Assembly (NCBI GenBank): GCA_016839745.1
Contig: JAEOTS010000141.1
Location: forward strand, 2,138-66,137
DNA: 64,000 nt
Origin: Promethearchaeota archaeon
GTDB lineage: Archaea; Asgardarchaeota; Lokiarchaeia; Sigyniarchaeales; SOKP01
Direction: 5' to 3'
The notes below the pieces were generated by a model. The model was not told the DNA's origin. It made no database searches and was given only the letters and a program-made list of their open reading frames with translations. Below are positions 9,249 to 18,468 of this stretch, piece after piece. The position numbers and the translations under genes were made by a program. Position 1 is the first letter of the stretch; each line of letters starts with the position of its first letter.

Positions 9249-9369
9249 ACGAATCGCCCATTTGCCGTTTATAAGCCCCAGTTGAATTCTATATGATGTC
9301 CCGGGGATTCCTAATTGGCTACTAAGGGATTCAAATCCTTTTTCAGAAATTATTTAATCAACACCTAAG

Positions 9370-10677
9370 TTATGTTTTTTTTGGCTTCTTTTTACAAGAA
9401 TGCGTAAGATGATCTTCTTTAGTAAGCTCCATTCCACAATATTGACATGCAATTTTTATTTCTGATTCCTTTTTCTTTGGAGGATGGCGAAGTTGCGCTC
9501 GACCTGCCAACGCTAAGTCGCCAGGTGGTTTTGGAGGTTTGAAAATAAAAGGAAAAGGAAAACGATCGTCTCCGTCAAACTTAGATTTCTTTGCCAAGTG
9601 CTTTGGATCCTTTGTATAAATCACTAAATTATTGTCTTCGCTACTTCCAACAATTGAGAACAATAATTCTTCTCCGTCCCGATCTATTAAGAAGCGGTCA
9701 CGGTCTTCATAGAGTCGAATCGTGATGTTATCCAAACTTTCTAATTCTGCTAAAAGTTTCGCATCTTCTTCAAGGCTTGGATCAAAATTGCACATGATCT
9801 TCAAGTTTACCGAAAAACGCACCTCGTACAGATGCAAATCTTGCAGATCGTTTATATCGGGAACTACAATTGTCACATAGTGAACCGCATTTCCTAATAT
9901 TTCTCGAATCTTTTTCAAAATCTCAGATTTAGGAATCACCATGAACGTTGAATCGATGATTTTTGCTTCAGCCTTCGAAGCAAGGTATTTCCGCAATCTC
10001 TCGTTTTCAATTTCTAACGCTTCCAAAATTTCATCGGCTTTTTCTAATTCCCCTTTTAAGATGGTTAGTTTTTTCTGATATTCTTCGATTTCTTCATCTT
10101 TCTCTGCTAAGAGATCTTTTTTAACCGTAGATGATTTCAACTCTTTTACTTCTTCTTCTTTCAAATTAATAGATGTTTCTAATGCCTTAATCTTCTGGTT
10201 TTTTATTTCTAATGACTTGCTAAGCCTATTAATTTGTTGCTCTTTTAAGTTTATTGCGTCGATCATGGTTTTTATTTGATCATCTTTCAGGTTTACCGAT
10301 TTAATTAAATTATTTATTAGTTTATCATCGTCATTAAATCCTTTGAGAAGTAAATATCCATCAGCACCAAGTTCTTTTCCTTTCTGGATATCTTCAAAAA
10401 AATTCTTAGCAGTATAAAGAATTACTAAAATTTTAGGATATTTTGACTTGATCTCAGCCAAAATATCATAGCCACTCATACTAGGGAGCAATATATCAAG
10501 CAATACGAGTGCTATTTCATTGTGTTTTTCTTTAATAATGTCTAGTGCGTCATATCCATTGCTACAAGTGATAGTTTCGTAATTCTCGAGTTGTAAAAAC
10601 TTCTCAGTCAGATTAGTTATATCTTCATTTTCCATAACGATCAAAACTTTTTTCAATGCTGGCATAAGAAACTCCAA
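9370..10677 (-). CDS. response-regulator receiver + coiled coil + alpha/beta domain + C2HC zinc-knuckle tail
   Basis: CheY-like N-terminus (KKVLIVMENED ... LVLLDILLPSMSGYD ... LYTAKN). INLK(D/E)xx(I/V) heptad-rich coiled coil. Tail FPFIFKPPKPPGD...CQYCGMELTKEDHLTHSCKKKPKKT. The likely real start is ATG at 10665. Confidence 0.75.
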   Translation of the reverse strand: MEFLMPALKKVLIVMENEDITNLTEKFLQLENYETITCSNGYDALDIIKEKHNEIALVLLDILLPSMSGYDILAEIKSKYPKILVILYTAKNFFEDIQKGKELGADGYLLLKGFNDDDKLINNLIKSVNLKDDQIKTMIDAINLKEQQINRLSKSLEIKNQKIKALETSINLKEEEVKELKSSTVKKDLLAEKDEEIEEYQKKLTILKGELEKADEILEALEIENERLRKYLASKAEAKIIDSTFMVIPKSEILKKIREILGNAVHYVTIVVPDINDLQDLHLYEVRFSVNLKIMCNFDPSLEEDAKLLAELESLDNITIRLYEDRDRFLIDRDGEELLFSIVGSSEDNNLVIYTKDPKHLAKKSKFDGDDRFPFPFIFKPPKPPGDLALAGRAQLRHPPKKKESEIKIACQYCGMELTKEDHLTHSCKKKPKKT

Positions 10678-11526
10678 TTATGTGGCATCCTTCTCATTTT
10701 TCTGAGCATACAATAATTCGGCTACTCTTTGGAAAACGAGAGTTACGTTCTCCCCAGTAGCTAAGGAGACTTCAAAATAGGGAGCGTTCAACTTTTTACT
10801 TAAATTTTGCACCATCGGGTTAATAATTTTGCGTTCTGACTCTGATTTTGCGTCATTGTTAATCCCTACTAATATTCTCGGAACTCCGCTAAGACCATAC
10901 TTGACGCAGGATTGCCACCAGTTATTGACATTACTAAAAGTGCTAGAACGCGTTGTATCAAAAACTAAAATAACGCCGTCAGCACCAATAAAGTATGGTC
11001 TGTGGAGCATATAAAATTGTGGTTGTCCGGCGATATCCCAGAACATCAAGTTGATGGTTTTATTAATTTTATCAAGAGTAATTTGTTTTTTTAAAATTGA
11101 AACGCCGACGGTTGGAAGATTTTTATCTTCAGATATATCCGTGGCAAATTTAGCAAGGAGTTCTGTTTTACCGCATTCAGGGTCACCAATCACGATAACT
11201 TTATATATTGACTCAGTATTTCCTTGGAGTTTAACACTATCTTCATTAGAAAAAGTTGGCTTAATTTTTTCGCTTTTTTCAATTGGAGTTAAATCTGAGT
11301 CAGAGGGTGTTCTATTTTTTAAACGGGATTTTTCTAATTCTTCTATTTTAACTTTCGCGTCTTCTAATTCCTGATAAACTCTATTTAATTCATTTTTTGT
11401 ATTTGCAAGTTCCCGTTCCAAATCGTTTACTTTTTTCCGTAGATCTAGTAAAAATCTTCCCTCCACTTTAATCATCCTATCGGGATATCTTTCTGCTCTT
11501 TCCCACATTGTTTTTAGGATTTTCAT
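10678..11526 (-). CDS. coiled-coil + Rab/Ras-like small GTPase (paralog of the GTPase in 5376-7607)
   Basis: G1 is GDPECGKTELL and G3 is WDIAGQPQFYMLHRPYF (the same extended motif as in 5376-7607). G4 is degenerate (VGINNDA). N-terminal ELANTKNELNRVYQELEDAKVKIEELEK is a coiled coil. Confidence 0.75.
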   Translation of the reverse strand: MKILKTMWERAERYPDRMIKVEGRFLLDLRKKVNDLERELANTKNELNRVYQELEDAKVKIEELEKSRLKNRTPSDSDLTPIEKSEKIKPTFSNEDSVKLQGNTESIYKVIVIGDPECGKTELLAKFATDISEDKNLPTVGVSILKKQITLDKINKTINLMFWDIAGQPQFYMLHRPYFIGADGVILVFDTTRSSTFSNVNNWWQSCVKYGLSGVPRILVGINNDAKSESERKIINPMVQNLSKKLNAPYFEVSLATGENVTLVFQRVAELLYAQKNEKDAT

Positions 11527-11674
11527 TATTTGACTCTTAATTAAACTCTAATTCACAAATCTCCTATTGTCAAATTTGTTAAAATTAATATACCAATTTA
11601 AACTTATATTCTCAGTTTGAGCAAAAATTATTCGCAAGATCCCTTGATTAAAGACATCTTAGAAGACCTTTCTC

Positions 11675-12274
11675 TCAAACCTTATTAAATTGTGAATAGA
11701 TGAAAAATAATTGAGCAAATTCAACACCTAACGCACCTCCACCTAAAACAATCATAGACTTAGGTAGCTTTTTTAATTGAAGTGCTTCAATATTCGTGAT
11801 ATAATCGACTTGTTCAATCCCATTTATTGGTGGAATAAAAGATGAGGAGCCAGTAGCAATAATAAAATTCTTTGCTTGGTATGTTGTTTGATTATCTACT
11901 TGAATTTTTGAATTTGATAAGAATTTAGCATTGCCCTCAACTAGGTCAACATTGGGTAATTTCTTTAGGACATTTTGGTATTTGTCGAATTGTAATTGTT
12001 TGATAAGATTATTTTTTCCCTCGATGACTTTTTGAAAATTAACAGAAATTGACGATTTTATCCCTTCAAATCTTTGCTCTCTCGATTCGTAAATTAAATC
12101 TCCTATATTTAGCAAATATTTTGTAGGAACACACCCTACATTAACGCATGTTCCACCTAAACCTATTGTATCATTATTTATCATTAGAGTTTTAATTTTT
12201 AAGTCATTAGCTTTCATTGCAGCAGCAAATCCAGCAGCTCCTCCACCAATAATTATTAAATCATATTTTCCCAT
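11675..12274 (-). pseudogene. truncated pyridine nucleotide-disulfide oxidoreductase (dihydrolipoamide dehydrogenase / mercuric reductase-like), N-terminal 199 aa only
   Basis: FAD motif IIGGGAAG and redox-active GGTCVNVGCVPTK are present. The ORF stops inside the second Rossmann motif (VLGGGALGVEFAQ). The family is normally ~450 aa and only ~150 nt remain before the next gene. Confidence 0.7.
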
Positions 12275-12695
12275 TTTGTTTCACTAAGTTAATTTTTTAT
12301 TTTTTTCTATCGATTATGAAAAAAGAAATATTAGATTTTTGATAAAAATGCGAGATCACTATCCCATCTCCACCAATAACTAGCATTTTCTTATTGATAT
12401 CATTGATTTTTTTTTATTGATTTATTTTCTCTTTTTTGAATTTGTAATCAGGGAACGCTACCATATGCACAAAGTACTCAATTTCATCCATGAGGATTTT
12501 CTTTACCAGTAATGATTTCTTTACAATTTTGACATTCAAGGCTCATAAGTCATTGATTTTCCTTTATATCTACTGTATTTGAATGTCCACAAAATGGACA
12601 TCTTACTAAGCTGTTATATATCATATTGACCAGTTATAATTTTCAACATAATATAATTTTGGATTATTTATCAAAATTTATACTATTTTAGACCC

Positions 12696-12735
12696 AAGTT
12701 TTAAATATTTATAGAAAAAATCATATAAATTTTTT
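12696..12735 (+). repeat. 40-nt AT-rich conserved intergenic element, copy B
   Basis: aagttttaaatatttatagaaaaaatcatataaatttttt is 37/40 identical to 3191-3230. It lies ~80-120 nt upstream of the MFS gene start (12816). Confidence 0.6.
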
Positions 12736-12815
12736 ATTGAATGCATGGGATTCGGATATTTAAAAATAAGTGAGATTCTTTTTTCCTTTATAAGTAGAAG
12801 TCTTAAGATAAGTCT

Positions 12816-14279
12816 ATGAAAGCAATTCAGTTAGATGGAGAGTTAAATTCCAAATATGGTTTATGCTTATTTTGTGGGTATTTTGAAAATGATTTCTGCT
12901 ATAAATACCTACTACCTAGAAGTCCTGTAGACGAAAAATGTAGGAAATTTAAAAAAAGCGCTCTATTTTTGAATAAAAAACTTAAAACTCGCAGCTTTCG
13001 ACTCATTTTCTTGCTTTATTTAATGATATATTTCTGTGTAGGGATTATACCTCCGAATATTGAAAGTATTATTTATTCCCTACCATCGATATCCGAGTTT
13101 TCAATAAGTACGGCGATACTACTTTATCTAATCTGTAATTCGGTAAGTGTTCTATTTTTTGGTTATTTCAGAGAGAGGATTTTGCAAATTCTTAGTAGTA
13201 AAACATTATTTTTGCTAACTAATTTGCTATGGATTATAGGTTTTGGACTAATATCCTTATCTGCTAATTATACTTTTTTCCTTAGTATGCTCATGATTAG
13301 TGCTATAGGGACGGGTGGATTTATCCCTTTAGGTTTCTCTAAGATCGGAGAAATGTTCCCTCCTCAAGAACGGGGATCAAGATTCGGATTAATGCAGTTT
13401 GGTCTTATTTTAGGAAATGGAATAGGTATTATTGTGGGTTCAATTTTACATTGGCGTATTGCTTTTATTTTAGGATTTTATATTAGTGTGTCACTAATCA
13501 TCATATATTTTATAAAAGCGTTGGATTTAAGGCATAACACCATAGATAGAGGAGATCACCTAAACCCTAATAATTACAATTACAAGTTATCTCGTCAAGA
13601 TCTTATTCTTTTATTTAAAATGAGATCGGTTATGAGCATTCTATTTTTTGTGCTTACCGGCGGACTTGTCACCTCCATCCTTGGAAATTGGGGGATCTAT
13701 ATCTTAAGTTCTAACTTAGGGAATCCAGATCTGGCGACAATTATTTATCTGATAATTGGTATTGCCGCCCTTCCAGGAGCGATTATCGGAGGAAAAATAA
13801 ACGATCGTCTATTTCAAAACGGAAAACACCGATTACGCTTTCTGGTTGCTATGATAGGCGTATTAGGAGGATCGCTGTCCTTATTAATTTTTTATGTTTT
13901 TCCATTCCCGATCTTGGTTTTTACTCTTCCATTTGGATTCATAGGATATTTCTTTACCTCTTTTACTACAGGAACCCAATTCGCCGTGTATTCCGAAGTA
14001 TGTCTTCCAGAAACCCGTAGTACTGCTAACGCTTTGAATGGTTTAATGGTGAATTTAGGAGGAATTTGTGGGAACTTTCTTCTTTCCATTATTATCTACC
14101 AAGAAGGGTTGTTTATCCAAAATGCAGTGTTTATAATACTTTTTGTGTGGATAACTGGTTCATTTCTTTGGTTATTCCCCATTTTTTATTATAAAAAGGA
14201 TATTTTGAAACAACGGGATCGACTGATGAGAGGAAAAATTGAAAAACAGATATATCCACTGATTCTGGATAAGAGTTAA
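12816..14279 (+). CDS. MFS transporter with Cys-rich N-terminal extension
   Basis: About 12 hydrophobic segments. MFS loop motif GEMFPPQERGSRFGLMQ. N-terminus CLFCGYFENDFC...C. Confidence 0.75.
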   Translation: MKAIQLDGELNSKYGLCLFCGYFENDFCYKYLLPRSPVDEKCRKFKKSALFLNKKLKTRSFRLIFLLYLMIYFCVGIIPPNIESIIYSLPSISEFSISTAILLYLICNSVSVLFFGYFRERILQILSSKTLFLLTNLLWIIGFGLISLSANYTFFLSMLMISAIGTGGFIPLGFSKIGEMFPPQERGSRFGLMQFGLILGNGIGIIVGSILHWRIAFILGFYISVSLIIIYFIKALDLRHNTIDRGDHLNPNNYNYKLSRQDLILLFKMRSVMSILFFVLTGGLVTSILGNWGIYILSSNLGNPDLATIIYLIIGIAALPGAIIGGKINDRLFQNGKHRLRFLVAMIGVLGGSLSLLIFYVFPFPILVFTLPFGFIGYFFTSFTTGTQFAVYSEVCLPETRSTANALNGLMVNLGGICGNFLLSIIIYQEGLFIQNAVFIILFVWITGSFLWLFPIFYYKKDILKQRDRLMRGKIEKQIYPLILDKS

Positions 14280-14357
14280 CTTCTATTTTTTCTTTATACA
14301 CATAGATTCATGATTCATACTTAACATTTGAGATAATAAAAAAAAGATCCGAGTAAT

Positions 14358-14819
14358 TTACTTCATAAACTCTCTTAATGTTGATATGAATTCTTGAATT
14401 TTAACATCAGCACCTTCGACAGCTGGTCCTTCAGCTTTTTCCATTTTAACTTCAAGGAATTCGGGACAGATTTCTTCAAAACATTCAGCTTTTTCAACTG
14501 TTTTTTTCATTCCTTTTATGAAGAAATTTTTCCATCCCAATGCATGGGTAGAGAAATAGGCGACTTTCGAAATTGGTTTAGTTATGACCCTATCCATATT
14601 TTTGATAAACTCTCGAATCTCGTTATCTGACCTAAAAGCAACGATTCGAGTAGCTATAATCAAACCATAAGGGGCATCTTTAGCAATATCTTCAGGGGAG
14701 ATATTTTTAATACTATCTACACTTACATCGTAGCCATCTTTTAAATCCTCAGCAATAGTTTTTGAAATCTGCTCAGAATTTCCGTGTAAAGAATTATGAA
14801 TTATCCACATTTTTTTCAT
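14358..14819 (-). CDS. flavodoxin-like fold protein
   Basis: MWIIHNSLHGNSEQISKTIAEDL resembles the flavodoxin phosphate-binding N-terminus. Size is 153 aa. Confidence 0.5.
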   Translation of the reverse strand: MKKMWIIHNSLHGNSEQISKTIAEDLKDGYDVSVDSIKNISPEDIAKDAPYGLIIATRIVAFRSDNEIREFIKNMDRVITKPISKVAYFSTHALGWKNFFIKGMKKTVEKAECFEEICPEFLEVKMEKAEGPAVEGADVKIQEFISTLREFMK

Positions 14820-14924
14820 AGTTAAATTAATGAAATTAAAAAAATATATGAAACTTCAATAGTCCAATCTTTCATCAAGATTTCTCTCTTATAATCCTGA
14901 ATTAAATTTGACTTAACTCTTATT

Positions 14925-15509
14925 TTAACTGCTAGAATTCTTTACGGGATTACCATTAAGTTTCAATGTCTGGAGATTTGTTAAATTAGTAAGGTTTTTA
15001 GTATCTATGATATTATTATTTGAGAGATTTAAAAATTCGAGGTTTTTTAAGTTTTCTATACCATCAAGGTCTTCTATTTGATTATCGCTTAAGTCCAGGC
15101 TCTTAAGGTTGACAAGTTTTTTTAATCCGTCAATTTTTCTTAACCTATTCTTTTTTAGGACTAGCGCTTTTAAGTTTTGAAGATGATTTAAATTAGAAAT
15201 TTTAGAAATTTGATTCTCTCCTAACTGTAATTCTTCCAAGTTACTAAGTGAATCTAATCCACTAATATCAGTTATAGAGTTCCCTTCTAAATGAAGCTTA
15301 TTAAGGTTACCAAGATGATCTAACCCTTCAATTTTAGTAAGTTTATTGTTCTCTAAAAAAAGCCCCTTAAGATTGGGATATCTTTTCAGTTTTTTAATAT
15401 CGCGAATTTCATTAATATTATAATTATCTAAAAATAAATTACCGTTATTTATGAAAACTCTTTTCTTATTAATCTTCACATAATCCATAGAATAAAGATG
15501 TAAATTCAC
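14925..15509 (-). CDS. leucine-rich repeat (LRR) protein
   Basis: About seven consecutive 22-residue repeats of LxxLxLxxNxIxxIxxLxxLxN (for example LKSLDLSDNQIEDLDGIENLKN). Confidence 0.85.
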   Translation of the reverse strand: MNLHLYSMDYVKINKKRVFINNGNLFLDNYNINEIRDIKKLKRYPNLKGLFLENNKLTKIEGLDHLGNLNKLHLEGNSITDISGLDSLSNLEELQLGENQISKISNLNHLQNLKALVLKKNRLRKIDGLKKLVNLKSLDLSDNQIEDLDGIENLKNLEFLNLSNNNIIDTKNLTNLTNLQTLKLNGNPVKNSSS

Positions 15510-15603
15510 TCTTATTAGTCATTCTTATAAAAATTATAAATAAATCGATGAGTCAATTTATATTTGAAAAGTAATATCAGCTTATTTCGCTTAAATAATT
15601 CAA

Positions 15604-16194
15604 TCAAATTTTTCTGCATAACAATTCACCTTTTCCAATAGGAACTACTAAAGCATCGACACGTTCATCTAATAAAGCTTTGTCTATCATTGGTTTTAAA
15701 GTAATATAATGATTAATTGCATTATCAGCTACTAAAAATCCTCCTTTTACCATGTTTGGGACGATTAAATCATAACAATCCTCATATACTTCTTTTTCAG
15801 CATCCAAAAAGCAAAAAGATATGTCTCTTTCTTCTTTTAAATAATCTCGTGCATCTCCCTCCACTAATTCAACATATTTCTCCATGTTACTCTGCCGAAA
15901 TGTCTCTTTAGCAAATAATGTCTTTTCTTCTAATAGTTCAAATGTTTTTATCATAGTACCTCGTTCCATACACGCAAGTGCGATCCACATAGTAGAATAA
16001 CCAGCACTAGTTCCAATTTCTAAAAACTTTCCTTTAGGAGCACTAGCGGCAAGAATTGAAAGGAATTTTCCTATTTCAGGAGGAATTTGACGAAGTCTTT
16101 CCATTCTTGGTGTACCATCAACTCTATCTTCAGCGTCTATTTTTTCTAGAAACTTCATTCTATTTTGTACAAGTTCAGGGATATTATGATGCAT
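15604..16194 (-). CDS. class I SAM-dependent O-methyltransferase (family 3, caffeoyl-CoA OMT-like)
   Basis: SAM motif [12 protein letters not shown] and downstream acidic motifs (FELLEE, FLDAEK). Confidence 0.7.
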   Translation of the reverse strand: MHHNIPELVQNRMKFLEKIDAEDRVDGTPRMERLRQIPPEIGKFLSILAASAPKGKFLEIGTSAGYSTMWIALACMERGTMIKTFELLEEKTLFAKETFRQSNMEKYVELVEGDARDYLKEERDISFCFLDAEKEVYEDCYDLIVPNMVKGGFLVADNAINHYITLKPMIDKALLDERVDALVVPIGKGELLCRKI

Positions 16195-16256
16195 TTTAAT
16201 TCAAATTGGTATTATTTTAACAATGTTAAATATAAGAAAAAATATAATGATTATCA

Positions 16257-16979
16257 ATGCAGCATGAATTACTTCAAACAAATTTATCTTTAGATGAAGC
16301 AGAACACCTTCAAGAGAAATACCATCAAAAACTAAAAATTCAAGAGAGTAAAATCATAAAAATCTTAGATATAAAAAAGATAAGTTGGATAGTTGGAGTA
16401 GATGTTTCCTATTATAATGAAAACCTAAAAGAATGGGGAATAGCTGCAGCAGTTCTATGGAATCTTAATTCTAATAGGATGGAACACCATTCTTTTGCTA
16501 AAGAAATCATAACATTTCCTTACAAACCCGGTTTTTTGGGGTTTAGAGAGTGCTCTTTGATGGTAAAAGCTATAAAAAAAATTCCAGAAACACCAGACAT
16601 AATTATGTGTGATGGTCACGGTATAATCCATCCAAAAAGATTTGGAGAAGCAGTCCAATTGGGTTTAATTTTAAATATTCCTACTTTTGGTGTGGCTAAA
16701 AACCCTTTTATAGGTTTTTCAGAATGGAAAGCATTAGAAAGAACACAAGGGAATAAGACACCGATATGGGCTGATGATCCACAAAATTCGATGGTCGTAA
16801 ATAATGCACTTTTAGGATACGCTGTTTGTCTAAACGATGGAATGAAACCTATGTTCATTAGCGTAGGATATAAGACTACTCTAGATGTAGCAGTAGAAAT
16901 CGCTTTAAGAACAACTAAAGATCACAAACAACCAGAGCCTCTTTTTTTCGCAGACTATCTCTCAAGAAAAGAATTTTAA
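16257..16979 (+). CDS. nfi: endonuclease V
   Basis: VGVDVSY, PGFLGFRE, CDGHGIIHPKRFG, PTFGVAKN and PMFISVGY align with the E. coli Nfi signature blocks. Confidence 0.9.
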   Translation: MQHELLQTNLSLDEAEHLQEKYHQKLKIQESKIIKILDIKKISWIVGVDVSYYNENLKEWGIAAAVLWNLNSNRMEHHSFAKEIITFPYKPGFLGFRECSLMVKAIKKIPETPDIIMCDGHGIIHPKRFGEAVQLGLILNIPTFGVAKNPFIGFSEWKALERTQGNKTPIWADDPQNSMVVNNALLGYAVCLNDGMKPMFISVGYKTTLDVAVEIALRTTKDHKQPEPLFFADYLSRKEF

Positions 16980-17075
16980 TACCATCTATATTAAAAATTT
17001 CTTTTAATCTAATGAAAAATTGTTTAAATAGTAAGAAATACCTCTTTACATATCTAAACACAAAAATAAATTTGG

Positions 17076-18272
17076 ATGAGAAATTTGAGTTTTAAAATAA
17101 AAAATAATGTATATTGGGTCGGGAAAACAGATTGGGAACTTAGAAAATTCCATGGAAATGAATATTCTACGCATCGTGGTTCTACATACAACTCTTACCT
17201 AATTAAAGAAGAGAAAATTGTCGTTATTGACACAGTATGGATGCCTTTTTCAAAGGAATTTGTTGAAAATCTCTCGAAAGAAATTAACTTAGATAAGATT
17301 GATTACGTTATTGCTAATCACGCGGAAATTGATCATAGCGGGGCACTTCCTGAGCTAATGGAACGCATACCAAACACTCCAGTTTACTGTACTGCTAATG
17401 GCGTTAAGTCGTTAAAAGGCCACTACCATAAGGATTGGAATTTTCAAGTGGTGAAAACAGGTGATACCTTAGATCTGGGAAATGATAAGCAATTGGTTTT
17501 TGTTGAAATGAAAATGCTTCATTGGCCCGATAGTATGGCGTGCTACATGACCAAGGATAATATTTTATTTAGTAACGATGCGTTTGGCCAACATTATGCT
17601 AATGAGTATATGTATAATGACCTTGTAGACCAAAACGAACTTTTTGCAGAATGCATTAAGTACTATGCTAATATACTCACCCCTTTCAGTTCACTCGTCG
17701 ATAAGAAAATTAGAGAAGTTTTGAGTCTCAATCTTCCAATCGATATTATTGCTACAAGTCATGGAGTTATTTGGAGGGATAATCCAACCCAAATTGTTGA
17801 AAAATACTTAGCTTGGGCTAATGATTATCAAGAGAATCAGATTACAATATTGTATGATTCAATGTGGGATGGAACCAAGAGAATGGCAGAAGCAATTAGT
17901 AGAGGAATAGTGGAGACAGATAAAGAAGTCAATGTTAAATTGTTTAAAATAGCTAATTCCGATAAAAACGATGTTATAACAGAGATCTTCAAGTCCAAGA
18001 CTATTCTCGTAGGTTCTCCAACTATAGGAGGAGGAATTCTATCTTCTATTGCTGAAATTTTAGAGATGATTAAGGGTTTGCGCTTTAAAAATAAGAAGGC
18101 TGCATCGTTTGGTTGTTATGGTTGGAGCGGAGAATCAATAAAAGTAATAAAAGAACACTTAGAGAAGAGCGGTTTTTCTGTAGTCAATGATGGTATCCGT
18201 GCTTTATGGAATCCTGATCAAGAGAGTATAGAAAAATGTGTAGAGTTTGGAAAAGAAATTGCTGTTAGTTAA
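17076..18272 (+). CDS. fprA: flavodiiron protein (type A flavoprotein; metallo-beta-lactamase + flavodoxin domains)
   Basis: Di-iron ligand motif HAEIDHSG in the N-terminal beta-lactamase-like half. C-terminal flavodoxin-like half (ILYDSMWDGTKRMAEAI). Confidence 0.85.
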   Translation: MRNLSFKIKNNVYWVGKTDWELRKFHGNEYSTHRGSTYNSYLIKEEKIVVIDTVWMPFSKEFVENLSKEINLDKIDYVIANHAEIDHSGALPELMERIPNTPVYCTANGVKSLKGHYHKDWNFQVVKTGDTLDLGNDKQLVFVEMKMLHWPDSMACYMTKDNILFSNDAFGQHYANEYMYNDLVDQNELFAECIKYYANILTPFSSLVDKKIREVLSLNLPIDIIATSHGVIWRDNPTQIVEKYLAWANDYQENQITILYDSMWDGTKRMAEAISRGIVETDKEVNVKLFKIANSDKNDVITEIFKSKTILVGSPTIGGGILSSIAEILEMIKGLRFKNKKAASFGCYGWSGESIKVIKEHLEKSGFSVVNDGIRALWNPDQESIEKCVEFGKEIAVS

Positions 18273-18468
18273 TAATTTTATTTTTTTTTATTTTATTTTA
18301 TCTTATTTTTACTTTTTAATTAGATAAGACTTTTAGTATCCTTTGATCTCTCATTAAGACCTTTCGATGCTGAATTTCTGATATACATAAATACAAAATC
18401 TAATACTATATTTTTATATAAGGTGATGTACTATCTCTAAAATTCTGGTTGTTGACGACGACCATACT

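Noticed and set aside
12275-12484. SECIS-like element downstream of the TGA-containing zinc-ribbon ORF, and an MLVIGGDG... mini-ORF (about 12301-12394) as a second oxidoreductase remnant.
   Set aside because: I saw only low-complexity ATTGAT repeats and the short palindrome TGATATCA, with no GC-supported hairpin carrying a GAA/A-type internal loop. The GGDG string does not satisfy GxGxxG and could be chance.
14925-15509. LRR protein as part of a Roco (LRR-Roc-COR) GTPase.
   Set aside because: The ORF is only 194 aa and consists of LRRs alone. The neighbours are an O-methyltransferase and a flavodoxin-like gene, with no Roc/COR domain adjacent.
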